The notes below the pieces were generated by a model, which saw only the letters and a program-made list of their open reading frames with translations, was not told the origin of the DNA and did no database searches. The translations under genes were made by a program, and so were the position numbers. From contig CAVRZA010000008.1 in assembly GCA_963725665.1 (NCBI GenBank), forward strand, positions 128,001 through 192,000: a stretch of DNA of 64,000 nt, written 5' to 3'. Of this stretch, positions 48,964-60,603 are shown piece by piece (within the stretch, counting starts at the first letter, position 1; each line of letters opens with the position of its first letter). The stretch comes from an uncultured Actinomycetes bacterium (GTDB lineage: Bacteria > Actinomycetota > Thermoleophilia > UBA2241).

Positions 48964-49908
48964 TCAGACCGCCTGCGGGGCCGGCGCCCCCGGCGCCGGC
49001 CCCTCGTGCGCCATCGCCAGGAGCACCGCGATGCGCTTCTGGATGGGCGGGTGGGTGTCGAACAGGCCTTCGGTCTCGCGCAGCTTGCGCAGGGGGTTGG
49101 CGATGTAGAGGTGTGCCGTGGCCCTGTTGGCCGCGCGCAGCGGCCGCGGGTCGGCGGCGATCTTCTCGAGCGCGTGGGCCAGCCCGACGGGGTTGCGCGT
49201 GAGCTCCGCGCCGGAGGCGTCGGCGAGGTACTCACGCCGCCGCGAGACGGCCATCTGCACGAGCCACGCGAAGAGCGGCGCGAGGATGGCCAGCGCGATG
49301 GCCAGCAGGAAGATGAGACCTCCGCCGCCACCGCTGTCGTCGCCCGAGCGGCGGCCGAAGCCTCCCCAGAACGTCGAGCGCAAGAAGAAGTCGGCGACGA
49401 GCGCGATGAGCCCGACGAGGATGCCCACCAGCGTGGCGAAGCGCACGTCGTAGTTGCGCACGTGCGACATCTCATGCGCGATGACGCCCTGCAGCTCCTC
49501 GCGGTTCATCATCTGCAGCAGGCCGCTGGTAACGGCGACGGAGGCGTGCTGCGGGTCGCGGCCGGTCGCAAAGGCGTTGGGCGCCGGGTCGTCGATCACA
49601 TACACGGCGGGCATGGGTGTGCCGGCGGCGATGGTCATCTCCTCGACCACGTTCCAGAGCTGCGGCGCCTCCTCGTGCGTGACCCGACGCGCCCCGCTCG
49701 CCGCGAGGACCATGCCGGCGCCCGCGTAGTAGCCGATGATGCTCCACAGGATGGCGATCACGCCGAAGACACCCAGCAGGCCGAGGCCGCCGTACGGCCG
49801 CCCGGTGAGGGCGACGCCGATCACGAACCCAAGGAGGAGAAGGACGGCGACGACCGCAGCCATGAGCAGCCACGAGGCGCGCTTGTTGCGGGCGATCTGC
49901 TCGTACAT
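48964..49908 (-). CDS. htpX: M48 zinc metalloprotease HtpX
   Basis: PNAFATG, ELQGVIAHEMSHV.N.D, SRRREYLAD, F.THPP. Confidence 0.95.
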   Translation of the reverse strand: MYEQIARNKRASWLLMAAVVAVLLLLGFVIGVALTGRPYGGLGLLGVFGVIAILWSIIGYYAGAGMVLAASGARRVTHEEAPQLWNVVEEMTIAAGTPMPAVYVIDDPAPNAFATGRDPQHASVAVTSGLLQMMNREELQGVIAHEMSHVRNYDVRFATLVGILVGLIALVADFFLRSTFWGGFGRRSGDDSGGGGGLIFLLAIALAILAPLFAWLVQMAVSRRREYLADASGAELTRNPVGLAHALEKIAADPRPLRAANRATAHLYIANPLRKLRETEGLFDTHPPIQKRIAVLLAMAHEGPAPGAPAPQAV

Positions 49909-49962
49909 GGTTCTCTCTTACCCTGGCGGCACGGCCTCGGATCAGACGTCGCGCCGTAGCCG

Positions 49963-50523
49963 CTAGCGCAGATCGACCTTGACCGGCTCCCTGTCGGCCT
50001 CGTCGCCCTGGAAGAACTGCCGTTCCTTGAAGTTGAAGAGCCCGGCGATGATGTTGGTCGGCACCGACTGGATCTTCATGTTGTAGGTCATCACGCTGTC
50101 GTTGTAGAACTGCCGCGCGAAGGCGATCTTGTTCTCGGTCGCCGTGAGCTCCTCCTGGAGCGACATGACGTTCTGGTTCGCTTTGAGATCGGGGTAGTTC
50201 TCGACCACGGCGAACAAGGAGCGCAGCGCCTGCGTGAGGCCGTTCTCGGCGGCCGCCTGTGCGGCGGGGCCCTGGGCCCCGGCCGCCACGGCCGCCGCCC
50301 TCGCCTGTGTCACGTTGGTGAGCGTCTCCTGCTCGTAGGCCATGTAGTCCTTGACGGCCTCGACCAGGTTCGGGATCAGGTCGTGGCGACGCTTGAGCTG
50401 CACGTCGATCTGGCTCCACGAGTTGTCGACCTGGTTGCGCCGTTTGACGAGGCTGTTGTACATGCCGGCGATGACCGCGACGATGATCACCACGATCACG
50501 ATGAGGATGATGGCTATGATCAC
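49963..50523 (-). CDS. lemA: LemA family protein
   Basis: N-terminal TM, YN.LV, WSQIDVQLKRR.DLIPNLV, VENYPDLKA, ENKIAFARQFYN. Confidence 0.95.
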   Translation of the reverse strand: MIIAIILIVIVVIIVAVIAGMYNSLVKRRNQVDNSWSQIDVQLKRRHDLIPNLVEAVKDYMAYEQETLTNVTQARAAAVAAGAQGPAAQAAAENGLTQALRSLFAVVENYPDLKANQNVMSLQEELTATENKIAFARQFYNDSVMTYNMKIQSVPTNIIAGLFNFKERQFFQGDEADREPVKVDLR

Positions 50524-50755
50524 GGATCACTCCTTTGTCGACTCGCCTGGCGTCTACTGCCCGACATGCCCCGGACGTCTGTAGTGTACGCCGCGCGCGG
50601 CGCGCTTACCTGCCCGTCGGGCGCGATGATGACCGGCGCAGGGGTGAGCGCCGCGCCGCCGGGCGGGTGAGGCGGGCGCGCGCGGCGGCGATGTACACCC
50701 CGAGAGGGGTGCTCTATCCTTGGGCCAGGATGCACGACCTCGGCGCATACGCCCC

Positions 50756-51559
50756 GTGACACCCGCCCGCCGTCGCGGCGCCCTCGCCCTGTTCGAGGCT
50801 GTCGCCCTCGTCGTCGCCCTCGCGAGCCTCGGCTACTTCGTAGTGCACGTGCGCGCCGCCGGGGGCGGCACGCTGAAGCCGCTCGCGGCCGTCAGCGCGC
50901 CGCCAGCCCCGTCGGGCTCGCCCTCCGCGAGCCCCGGCGCGGCCGACATCCATCACTGGATCGTGGCCAAGGCGGCGGGGCCGATCGTCGCCCGCACGCG
51001 GCCGAGTGCCTCGGCTCCCGTGCGGGCGACGTTCGGTACACGCACGGCGAACGGTTTCCCGACCCTCTTTCTCGTGAACGAGACGCGCAACGTAGACGGG
51101 CGGACCTGGTACCGGGTGTGGTTGCCGGTACCTCCCAACGGGAGCCGAGCCTGGATTGTCGAGGGCGGTCTGGCGACCTACCCGACCACGACCAAGATCG
51201 TCATCGACCTCTCAAGGCGGCGCCTGGCTGTGATCCGCGGCGACCATGATCTGGCCGGTTACCCGGTAGCGATCGGCACCTCCCAGTACCCGACACCGAC
51301 GGGGTTCTTCTTCCTGACGGAGAAACTGCGCCCTCGGACCCCGGGAGGGCCGTACGGAGTGCTCGCGCTCGCTCTGAGCGCCTTCCAGCCCAAGCTCTCA
51401 TGGTGGCCCGGCGGGGGACAGGTGGCCATCCACGGCACCAACCGGGACGAGCTCATCGGCCAGGCGGTGAGCCACGGGTGCGTACGCATGCACGACGCGA
51501 ACATCCTGAAGGTGAGCGAGCTGGTGCCGGCCGGCAGCCCGGTAGTGATCCAGCCCTAG
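50756..51559 (+). CDS. L,D-transpeptidase (YkuD family), membrane-anchored
   Basis: VAIG....PTPTG.F, AIHGTN, SHGCVRM. Confidence 0.92.
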   Translation: MTPARRRGALALFEAVALVVALASLGYFVVHVRAAGGGTLKPLAAVSAPPAPSGSPSASPGAADIHHWIVAKAAGPIVARTRPSASAPVRATFGTRTANGFPTLFLVNETRNVDGRTWYRVWLPVPPNGSRAWIVEGGLATYPTTTKIVIDLSRRRLAVIRGDHDLAGYPVAIGTSQYPTPTGFFFLTEKLRPRTPGGPYGVLALALSAFQPKLSWWPGGGQVAIHGTNRDELIGQAVSHGCVRMHDANILKVSELVPAGSPVVIQP

Positions 51560-51625
51560 AGAGCGGGGAGCGGGGCAGGCCCCGCGGCGCCTGCCGCCGT
51601 CAGGGAACCTCTCAGGTGGTGGTCC

Positions 51626-51910
51626 TCACCAGTAGTCGCCCTGCAAGAGTCTCATGTCGTGGGCGTTGCACTTCGGGCAGGTGTACGAGGCCGCCTTCTC
51701 GAGGAAGAAGAGCTGGCTGCCGCACGCCAGGCAGTTGAACTCATCGACCATGATGTCGGCCCCGGTCAGGTCGACCTCGCAGATCGTCTTGCACTCTACG
51801 CAGAAGGCAGGCATGAAGCGGATGCGCGGATCCCTCATGCTGACGCCCCAGCGGATCTGTTCCGCTCTGTAGCCACACTCGCGGCACTCGAAGGTCGTGA
51901 ACTCTCCCAT
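51626..51910 (-). CDS. 94-aa protein with four CxxC motifs (double zinc ribbon-like)
   Basis: CREC, CVEC, CLAC, CPKC; purine-rich SD; GC3-biased codons. Confidence 0.8.
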   Translation of the reverse strand: MGEFTTFECRECGYRAEQIRWGVSMRDPRIRFMPAFCVECKTICEVDLTGADIMVDEFNCLACGSQLFFLEKAASYTCPKCNAHDMRLLQGDYW

Positions 51911-52184
51911 GACGTCCCTTCCCTTCCCTCTCGACTCCGCCGTCCGTGCCGCCAGTAGTATCGGCAGCAGGCGGCCGCTCGTTGAGCGCTCGGTGATCGG
52001 CCGGCGTGCACGGCGGGCGCACTCGCCGCGGGTGCCTCTAGACGCGCCTTGGCCGGCGCCTTGCGGCGGCAGCGCCTCCTGGCGGTTCCACCGCTGAGAC
52101 CTGCCTCCTTGAATGGCCGTTTTGCAGGGATGTTGCGCCCGAGGTGACGGCCACACGACGGCTGCGGGCACACGGCGCCATGCC

Positions 52185-52213
52185 TTGATTGCAGGCTATT
52201 CGGGGTATACAGT
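52185..52213 (+). promoter_or_regulatory. sigma70 promoter of the rimP-nusA-infB operon
   Basis: TTGATT, 17 nt, TACAGT. Confidence 0.7.
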
Positions 52214-52256
52214 AGCGGGACTTAAACGACACACTCTTGGGAGGCGGACTCTTTCG

Positions 52257-52281
52257 GAAGTGGGTGCACGAGCCCACTTTT
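52257..52281 (+). terminator. rimP leader hairpin/attenuator
   Basis: GAAGTGGG-TGCACGAG-CCCACTTTT hairpin with T-tract just before the rimP start. Confidence 0.7.
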
Positions 52282-52288
52282 GTCTTGT

Positions 52289-52740
52289 ATGGAACGGCAC
52301 GCGCTGGCACATCTGATCGAACAGAAGATCTCCGAGCGCTTCGACGACGTCGAGGTGGTCGACTTCGAGCTGCGCAAAGGCAGAGACCCGCTGCTCACCG
52401 TCTACATCGACCGGCCGAGCGGGGTCGACCTCGACCTGTGCGTGGCGGTCACGCACGCACTCGATGCGTTGCGCGACACGTACCGCCTCGAGGTGTCGTC
52501 GCCCGGCCTCGATCGCCCGCTGCGCAAGCCGGAGCAGTTCGCACGCGTCGCAGGCAGTGAGGTGGCGGTCAAGACGGCGGCGCCGCTCCAAGGGCGCGCG
52601 TCGTATCGCGGCGTGCTCACGACGGCCGACGAGACCACGATCACGCTACGACTCGACGAGGGGCGCGACGTGACCATCCCCTACGCCGAGGTCGTCAGGG
52701 CGCGTCTCGTCCCCACCTTCGATTCGACTGGGAGGCCAAC

Positions 52741-52744
<4 letters not shown>
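52289..52744 (+). CDS. rimP: Ribosome maturation factor RimP
   Basis: L.VYID..GV.LD.C, Y.LEVSSPGLDRPL; upstream of nusA. Confidence 0.93.
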
Positions 52745-54024
<1,280 letters not shown>

Positions 54025-54029
54025 CGGCG

Positions 54030-54302
54030 ATGTCGGCGCCCACGCGTACGTGCCTTGGCTGCCGCGGCAGGCGAGCGCGCGACAAGCTGATACGATTGCA
54101 GCTGCGCGACGGGAGGGTAGCCCCGCTGGAGGGGCCCGCCGCCGGCCGAGGCGCCTACCTGTGCCCCGACCGGGTGTGCTTCGACGCGGCGTTGCGGCGC
54201 AAAGCCTTCGCGCGCGCCTTCCGCTCGCCGGCGCACGTCGACGAGCGCCTCTGGGAAGCTATCGAGGCTCGCGCAGCCGAGCCTAGTCGCGAAAGGCAGT
54301 GA
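54030..54302 (+). CDS. ylxR: YlxR/RnpM (DUF448) RNA-binding protein
   Basis: P.RTC.GCR, GRGAYLC, C...A..RKAF.RAF. Confidence 0.88.
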   Translation: MSAPTRTCLGCRGRRARDKLIRLQLRDGRVAPLEGPAAGRGAYLCPDRVCFDAALRRKAFARAFRSPAHVDERLWEAIEARAAEPSRERQ

Positions 54303-54307
54303 GGCAG

Positions 54308-56419
54308 ATGGCGAAGAAGAAACGGATCGCCGACATCGCGCGCCAGCGCGGCACGAGCGTCGACGATGTGCTCGCCCGCCTCAAGCGAGTCGGCATCGAC
54401 GGGGTAGACGCGGAAGCGGAGGTCGACGAAGGCGACGTCGAACGTGCCTATGCGGCGCCGCAGGGCCAGCCGGCAGCGAGCCAGCCGGCAGCGAGCCAGC
54501 CGGCTAACACCCGGCCGGGCGGCGCCGGCGGTGGTAAGCGGCGCCGCGTCGTCATCGACGCCGGCGCATCGCGTCGCGGACCCGGACCGCAGCACGACAG
54601 GCGCAACCGGCGCGGCCGGCGCGGCGCGCCCGAGCAACTCGAGGAGCGCGCCGCGCCGGCCGTCACGGGCAAGGTCAAGGTGCCCTCGGGTGCTAACGTC
54701 AAAGAGGTCTCCCAGCTCCTGGGCATCTCCACCGGCGACATCATCAGGGCGATGATGGGCTATGGCGAGATGGTGACCATTACGCAGTCGCTCTCCGACG
54801 AGGCTGTCACCATCCTCGCCGACGACTTCAAGCGCCAGGTCGAGATCGTCCACGCTCAGGACGAGGTCGAGGAGGCCGAGGAGGCCTTCACCGACAAGCC
54901 CGAGGACCTCAAGCCGCGCTCGCCGGTGATCACCGTGATGGGTCACGTCGACCACGGCAAGACGAGCCTTCTCGACGCCATCCGCGAGACCGAGGTGGCG
55001 GCCGGCGAAGCCGGCGGCATCACGCAGCACATCGGCGCCTACCAGGTCAAACACGACGGCCGCCTCATCACCTTCCTCGACACCCCGGGCCACGAAGCCT
55101 TCACTGCCATGCGCGCGCGCGGCGCCAAGGTGACCGACATCGCCGCCATCGTCGTTGCGGCCGACGACGGCGTCATGCCTCAGACGGTGGAGGCAATCGA
55201 CCACGCCAAGGCCGCCGCCGTGCCGATCCTCATCGTGGTGAACAAGATCGACAAGCCCGAAGCCAACCCCGAGAAGATCAAGCAGCAGCTCACCGAGTAC
55301 GGCATCGTGCCCGAGGAGTGGGGCGGCGAGACCATCTTCGTCGAGACGAGCGCCAAGCAGCGCCTGGGCCTTGACAACTTCCTCGACATGCTGCTGCTCG
55401 TGGCCGAGATGACCGACCTGAAGGCCAACCCCGACGCCCCGGCCAGCGGCTACGTCATCGAGTCGAAGGTCGACCCCGGACGCGGCGTCGTGGCAACCAT
55501 GCTCGTCTTGCGCGGCAGCATCCGCGTCGGCGACGCCGTGGTCGCCGGCGAAGCCAGCGGCCGCGTGCGCGCCATGCGCGACTTCAAGGGTGCGCCGCTC
55601 GCGGAGGCCACGCCGGCGACGCCGGTCGAGATCGTCGGCTTCGACTCTTTGCCGCCGGCCGGAGAGTTCTGCCGCGTCGTGAAGGATGAGCGGCAGGCGC
55701 GCTCGTTGGCGCAGAAGCGCGCCAACCGGCTGCGTGCGGAGGAGCTCGCCAAGCAGCGCTCGCTGACCCTCGACGATCTGTTCGCGCGCATCGCGCAGGG
55801 CGAGGTCCAGGACCTCAACCTCATCGTCAAGGCCGACGTGGGCGGCAGCCTCGAGGCGGTCGAGGACGCCCTGAGGCAGATCGAGCACCCCGAGGTGCGC
55901 ATCGGCATCATCCACTCCGGCGTCGGCGGCATCACGGAGTCCGACGTCATGCTCGCCAGCGCCTCGAGCGCGATCATCATCGGCTTCAACGTGCGCCCCA
56001 ACCAGCCCGCGCAGGCGCTCGCAGAGCAGGAAGGCGTCGACATCCGCACCTACAGGGTGATCTACAAGGTCACCGAGGACGTGCGCGCCGCACTCATGGG
56101 CATGCTCAAGCCAGAGTTCGTCGAGCAGGTCATCGGCTCCGCGGAGGTGCGCCAGACGTTCAAGGCGTCGCGCCTGGGCACCATCGCCGGCTGCTACGTG
56201 ACCAACGGCAAGATCACGCGTACCGCCAGCGTCCGCGTCCTGCGTGACGGCGCCGTCGTCCACGACGGCAGGTTGGCGTCGCTGAAGCGGTTCCAGGAGG
56301 ACGTGCGCGAGGTGCTGGAGGGTTACGAGTGCGGTATCTTGCTCGACGGCTTCAACGACATCAAGGAAGAAGATGTCCTCGAAGCCTACGAGACCAAGGA
56401 AGTCGCTCGTGGCGGCTGA
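54308..56419 (+). CDS. infB: Translation initiation factor IF-2
   Basis: [37 protein letters not shown]; alternative start at 54299. Confidence 0.98.
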   Translation: MAKKKRIADIARQRGTSVDDVLARLKRVGIDGVDAEAEVDEGDVERAYAAPQGQPAASQPAASQPANTRPGGAGGGKRRRVVIDAGASRRGPGPQHDRRNRRGRRGAPEQLEERAAPAVTGKVKVPSGANVKEVSQLLGISTGDIIRAMMGYGEMVTITQSLSDEAVTILADDFKRQVEIVHAQDEVEEAEEAFTDKPEDLKPRSPVITVMGHVDHGKTSLLDAIRETEVAAGEAGGITQHIGAYQVKHDGRLITFLDTPGHEAFTAMRARGAKVTDIAAIVVAADDGVMPQTVEAIDHAKAAAVPILIVVNKIDKPEANPEKIKQQLTEYGIVPEEWGGETIFVETSAKQRLGLDNFLDMLLLVAEMTDLKANPDAPASGYVIESKVDPGRGVVATMLVLRGSIRVGDAVVAGEASGRVRAMRDFKGAPLAEATPATPVEIVGFDSLPPAGEFCRVVKDERQARSLAQKRANRLRAEELAKQRSLTLDDLFARIAQGEVQDLNLIVKADVGGSLEAVEDALRQIEHPEVRIGIIHSGVGGITESDVMLASASSAIIIGFNVRPNQPAQALAEQEGVDIRTYRVIYKVTEDVRAALMGMLKPEFVEQVIGSAEVRQTFKASRLGTIAGCYVTNGKITRTASVRVLRDGAVVHDGRLASLKRFQEDVREVLEGYECGILLDGFNDIKEEDVLEAYETKEVARGG

Positions 56420-56732
56420 GGCTTACATCGGCCTGCTCTTGGCCGACCTGCACTTCCCCGAGAACCGCTCGCTCAAGGACAAGCGCTCGCCTCTGGCTTC
56501 GCTGCGCGACGTGGTCCAGCTGCGCTTCAAGGCGTCGTTCAGCGAGGTGAGCCTCCAGGAGAGCTGGCAGCGGGCGCGGGTGCTCATCGTGCTTGCCGCC
56601 TCGTCGGCGAGCCAGGCGCAGGAACGTATCGACGAGATCGACCGCTACCTGCACGGGCAGGAGTTCGAGGTGGCCTGGGTCGTCCGCAAGTCGGTCGACG
56701 CGGTGGAGGTCGAATGGGACGCCGCCTTCTGA
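56409..56732 (+). CDS. DUF503/YlxP family protein
   Basis: SLKDKR..L..RF..S.SEV..Q..WQRA; between infB and rbfA. Confidence 0.88.
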   Translation: MAAEAYIGLLLADLHFPENRSLKDKRSPLASLRDVVQLRFKASFSEVSLQESWQRARVLIVLAASSASQAQERIDEIDRYLHGQEFEVAWVVRKSVDAVEVEWDAAF

Positions 56733-57127
56733 AGGTGAACGAGGCGGTCCGCGAGGTCCTCTCGAGCGTGATCGCCGAGGGCCTCAAAGACCCCCGCATC
56801 GGGTTCGTCACCGTGACCTCGGTCGAGACTTCGACCGACCTTCGGCACGCCAAGGTGTTCGTGAGTGTGCTCGGTGGGCAGCGTGAGCGCGAGGAGACGC
56901 TGGCCGGGCTGCGCTCGTCGCACGGCTACCTGCAGGAGCGCGTGGCCGAGGCGGTGCGCCTGAAGCGGACGCCACAGCTCGAGTTCGTCTACGACGGATC
57001 GGTCGATCGTGGCATGCGCATCAACGAGCTCCTGCAGCGCTACGAGGCCGAGGTGCGCGAGGCGGACGGCGAGGACGGCGCGACGGGGGAGAGGGGCGCA
57101 CGGGACACCGCCGAGGAGACCGGGTGA
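56714..57127 (+). CDS. rbfA: 30S ribosome-binding factor A
   Basis: LKDPRIGFVTVT.V..DL..AKVF.S, LKRTP.L.F.YD.S. Confidence 0.96.
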   Translation: MGRRLLKVNEAVREVLSSVIAEGLKDPRIGFVTVTSVETSTDLRHAKVFVSVLGGQREREETLAGLRSSHGYLQERVAEAVRLKRTPQLEFVYDGSVDRGMRINELLQRYEAEVREADGEDGATGERGARDTAEETG

Positions 57128-58104
57128 CGAACTGTGCCGCGGCCGATCTCGACGCCGTCTGCCGCGCCATGAGAAGCGAGACGCTTGTCGCGGTGGCCGT
57201 CCACGAGAACCCCGACTACGACGCCGTGGGCGCCGCGGTCGGGCTCCTCGACCTGTTCGCGCAGCTCGGCGTCGAGGGCCACCTGTTCGTCGACGCCGAC
57301 GAGCGGCTGCCCGACGCCGAGCACATCGTGCCGCCCGGCGCGGTCGTCCGCAGCCTCCCCCCGCAGGAAGCCTCACTCTATGCCCTCGACTGCGGCTCCT
57401 TCGACCGCATCGCGCTGCCGCTCGACGTCTGGCGAGGGCGCCTGGTCGACATCGACCATCACCCCGACAACACCGCTTTCGGCGAGTTGAACCTACTGCG
57501 GCCTCAGGCGGCCAGCACCTCCGAGATCGTCTGCGAGCTCGCCGGTCGCCTCGGACTGACGCCGTCCGCGATCGCCGCGGCGGCCCTCTACACCGGCATC
57601 TCCTTCGACACGGGGCACTTCCGCCACGCGAACACGACCGCCGACACTCTGCGCTGTGCCGCGGACCTCGTCGCGGGGGGCGCCGCTCCCGACGAGCTCT
57701 ACCGCGAACTGTACGAGCGGCGTACCTTCGCCGGGCTGCAGCTCTGGGGGCGCGCCGTCGCCGGCGCCCGCCGCGTAGCCGGCGGACGGGCCGTGGTGAG
57801 CGTCCTGACACTCGCCGACTACGAAGCCACGGGCGCCGGGGAGGACGAGACCGAGGGCATCGTCGATTCGCTGCGCGCCCTCGACGGCGTCGACGCGGCC
57901 GCTCTCGTCAAGGAACAGACGAGGGGAGCACGGGTGCGCGTCAGTCTGCGCTCGCAGGAGCTCGACGTGGGCGCGCTCGCGGCGGCTCTCGGAGGAGGGG
58001 GCCACCGCAACGCGGCCGGGTTCTCGAGCGATGACGGACCGGAGGAGGTGGCCCGCTGGCTCAGTTCAGAACTCGCCGGGCGCCTGGCGACGGCATCCTC
58101 CTGA
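57124..58104 (+). CDS. nrnA: DHH-family oligoribonuclease/PAP phosphatase NrnA
   Basis: H.NPD.DA.G, IDHH, YTGI..DTG.F, VSLRS, GGGGH.NAAG. Confidence 0.92.
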   Translation: MTNCAAADLDAVCRAMRSETLVAVAVHENPDYDAVGAAVGLLDLFAQLGVEGHLFVDADERLPDAEHIVPPGAVVRSLPPQEASLYALDCGSFDRIALPLDVWRGRLVDIDHHPDNTAFGELNLLRPQAASTSEIVCELAGRLGLTPSAIAAAALYTGISFDTGHFRHANTTADTLRCAADLVAGGAAPDELYRELYERRTFAGLQLWGRAVAGARRVAGGRAVVSVLTLADYEATGAGEDETEGIVDSLRALDGVDAAALVKEQTRGARVRVSLRSQELDVGALAAALGGGGHRNAAGFSSDDGPEEVARWLSSELAGRLATASS

Positions 58105-58967
58105 TCGACAAGCCGAGTGGCTGCACCTCGCACGACGTGGTCGCGAGAGTACGGCGCCTGCTGCGCCCCGCAGTGAAGAAGGTGGGTCATGCCGGCACAC
58201 TCGACCCGTTCGCCACCGGGCTCCTCATCGTGCTCGTCGGCCGCGCCACCAAGCTGGCGCGCTTCTTCGTCGACTTGCCCAAGGAGTACGTGGGCACACT
58301 GCGCTTCGGCTTCACCTCCGACAGCGGCGACCGCACGGGCGAGCTCGACCGCACGGCGAAGACGGTGACTCTCGACGAGGTCTCCGCCGTGTTGCCGCGG
58401 TTCATCGGCCACGTCACGCAGACCGTTCCCATGACTTCGGCCGTGAAGGTCGACGGCGAACGCCTGTACAAGAAAGCGCACCGCGGCGAGGTGATCGAGA
58501 CACCCACCAAGGAGGTCGAGATCTCGTCGATCGAGGTGCTCGACTTCGACGGCCGGGCGCAGACGATGTTGGCCCGCGTCATCTGCTCGAAGGGGACCTA
58601 CGTCCGCCAACTGGCCATCGACATCGGCGAGGCGATCGGCGCCGGCGCCTACCTCGAGGAGCTGGCGCGGGCTGCGATCGGCCCGTTCAGGCTCGATGGC
58701 GCACAGCCGCTGGCCGAGTTCGAGGCGGCTGTCGTGGCGCGCGACGACGGCGACGAGCGCATCCCCGGACTGCTGACGCCTGGCGGGGCGCTCCAGTTCC
58801 TGCCCGCCGTGGAGATCGGCGCTGCCCAGGTCCCCGGTGTGCGCAACGGCGCGCGGCTGCCCGCGGCTGCGCAAGAGGCAGTGCGGGTCGTCCACCGCGG
58901 AGAGCTTCTGGCGGTCTACGGCCCAGCCGAGGACGGCCGTGCCTTGAAGCCGCTCGTCATGATGTGA
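58056..58967 (+). CDS. truB: tRNA pseudouridine(55) synthase TruB (probable CTG start)
   Basis: GILLIDKP.G.TSHDVV, KVGHAGTLDPFATG, SAVKVDG.RLY, CSKGTYVR. Confidence 0.95.
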   Translation: MAQFRTRRAPGDGILLIDKPSGCTSHDVVARVRRLLRPAVKKVGHAGTLDPFATGLLIVLVGRATKLARFFVDLPKEYVGTLRFGFTSDSGDRTGELDRTAKTVTLDEVSAVLPRFIGHVTQTVPMTSAVKVDGERLYKKAHRGEVIETPTKEVEISSIEVLDFDGRAQTMLARVICSKGTYVRQLAIDIGEAIGAGAYLEELARAAIGPFRLDGAQPLAEFEAAVVARDDGDERIPGLLTPGGALQFLPAVEIGAAQVPGVRNGARLPAAAQEAVRVVHRGELLAVYGPAEDGRALKPLVMM

Positions 58968-59051
58968 GGGGCGGGAGATGGTGGCCACTCAGTCGTTCGA
59001 TGGGTGCTCCGCAACCATGAGCCAGAGACTTGTGGTGACGAAGGACGCGGG

Positions 59052-60056
59052 GTGGAGACCGTAAGGGACCTGGGCGCGCTGGCGCGCCGCCCCCGCGCGA
59101 TCGCCATCGGCACCTTCGATGGCGTGCACATCGGGCACCAGCGCGTCATCGGACTCGCCGTCGAGGCGGCGCGCGAGCGCGGTATCACGTCAGCCGCCGT
59201 CACGTTCGAGCACCACCCACTGGCCGTCATCGCCCCTCACCGTCAACCCCGCCTGCTGACGTCGCTCACGCTCAAGATAGAGTTCATCGCCGACCTGGGC
59301 GTCGATGAGACAGTCGTCTTGCCGTTCGACCATGCGATGGCGGCCATGACGCCGGAGGAGTTCTGCGCCCTCCTCGCCGAGCAGCTGACGGCGCGAGTCG
59401 TGGTGGTAGGCGGCAACTTCACCTTCGGCGCCGGCGCCAGGGGCACATCGGCCGACCTGGCGGGATGCGGCCGCGTGCACGGGTTCGAGGCCAAGATCGT
59501 CCCCCTCGTGCTGGCCGGCGGGCGACCGATCTCTTCGTCACGCATCCGCGAGCTCGTGCAAGGCGGCAGGCTCGCGGAGGCGCGTGAGATCCTCGGCCGC
59601 CCGCCGCGTGCCATCGGCAGCGTAGTGCGCGGCTTCGAACGCGGGCGACGCCTCGGCTTTCCGACAGCGAATATCGAGGCCCACACCGGCACGCTGTTCC
59701 CGGGCCTCGGCGTCTACGCGGCCCGGGCGCAAGTCGACGGTCGCTGGTACCGCGCGGCGGTCAACGTGGGCCACAACCCCACCTTCGTGCATCACGGCGA
59801 CGAGCTGGGCACTGTGCACGTCGAGGCCTACCTCATCGGCTTCGAGGGCGACATCTACGGCCGCGAGGTGCGCCTAGACTTCCTCGAGAAGATCCGCGAC
59901 GAGATCGCGTTCGAGTATGTCGACGATCTCGTCGCTCGGATGCACGCCGATGTCGCGCACGTCAAGTCCCTCGACGACGCCTGCTACGCCGACGTAGGCC
60001 TCGCAGTCGGCGAGTCGGCGCCGGGTGCGGCTCGCTCCGACGCACCCGGCGCGTAG
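59052..60056 (+). CDS. ribF: Bifunctional riboflavin kinase/FAD synthetase
   Basis: [40 protein letters not shown]. Confidence 0.96.
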   Translation: METVRDLGALARRPRAIAIGTFDGVHIGHQRVIGLAVEAARERGITSAAVTFEHHPLAVIAPHRQPRLLTSLTLKIEFIADLGVDETVVLPFDHAMAAMTPEEFCALLAEQLTARVVVVGGNFTFGAGARGTSADLAGCGRVHGFEAKIVPLVLAGGRPISSSRIRELVQGGRLAEAREILGRPPRAIGSVVRGFERGRRLGFPTANIEAHTGTLFPGLGVYAARAQVDGRWYRAAVNVGHNPTFVHHGDELGTVHVEAYLIGFEGDIYGREVRLDFLEKIRDEIAFEYVDDLVARMHADVAHVKSLDDACYADVGLAVGESAPGAARSDAPGA

Positions 60057-60165
60057 TGCCCGCCCAGACGGATCGCTCGCCCACGGCGACCGCGCCGCCA
60101 TCCACGCTCGGGCGGGCCGCTTCGCCGCCCGCCCTGTTTGTCGACCCGCGTCCGTGTGGTATGGT

Positions 60166-60244
60166 ACCCGGCGACCGTCTCTCGGTCTGGGGCCGCCGAC
60201 CCCTCACTGGGTTTCCGGATCATCCCGCAAGGGAGGTGATTCCC
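60166..60244 (+). promoter_or_regulatory. Structured rpsO 5' leader (putative S15 autoregulatory element)
   Basis: Extended -10 TGnTATGGT at 60157-60165; GGATCA-TCCC-GCAA-GGGA-GG-TGATTCC hairpin covers the SD. Confidence 0.6.
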
Positions 60245-60514
60245 CTGGCACTCACGAAGGACGCGAAGAGCGAGATCATCACCAAGCACGCCAAGCACGA
60301 CGGCGACACGGGTTCGCCCGAAGTGCAGATCGCTCTCCTCACGACGCGCATCAACACCCTCACGGAACATCTCAAGACGCACAAGAAGGACCACCACTCG
60401 CGCCGTGGCCTCCTGATGATGGTCGGCCACCGCCGCCGCCTGCTCGACTACCTGCAGGCGAAGGACGTGGAGCGCTACCGTTCTCTGGTGAAGGAGCTCG
60501 AGCTGCGCAAGTAG
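60245..60514 (+). CDS. rpsO: 30S ribosomal protein S15 (probable CTG start)
   Basis: [32 protein letters not shown]; 89 aa from CTG 60245. Confidence 0.97.
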   Translation: MALTKDAKSEIITKHAKHDGDTGSPEVQIALLTTRINTLTEHLKTHKKDHHSRRGLLMMVGHRRRLLDYLQAKDVERYRSLVKELELRK

Positions 60515-60603
60515 CGGCCCCCGGGGGGAGCGCCCCACCGGCGATACGACGAAAGCCCGCGCGCATCGACGACGCTGCGGGCAAAGAAGGAAGAGAGAAG
60601 TAG

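Noticed and set aside
51598-51615. CGTCAG/TCTCAG pair as another regulon box
   Set aside because: 12-bp spacing, lies between convergent gene ends, and has no -10 at the expected distance
51911-52180. Riboswitch or ncRNA upstream of the four-CxxC gene
   Set aside because: No recognisable aptamer consensus; GC-rich pairing alone is not evidence
54466-54505. CAGCCGGCAGCGAGC (QPAAS) repeat in infB
   Set aside because: Short linker repeat in the normally variable IF-2 N-terminus
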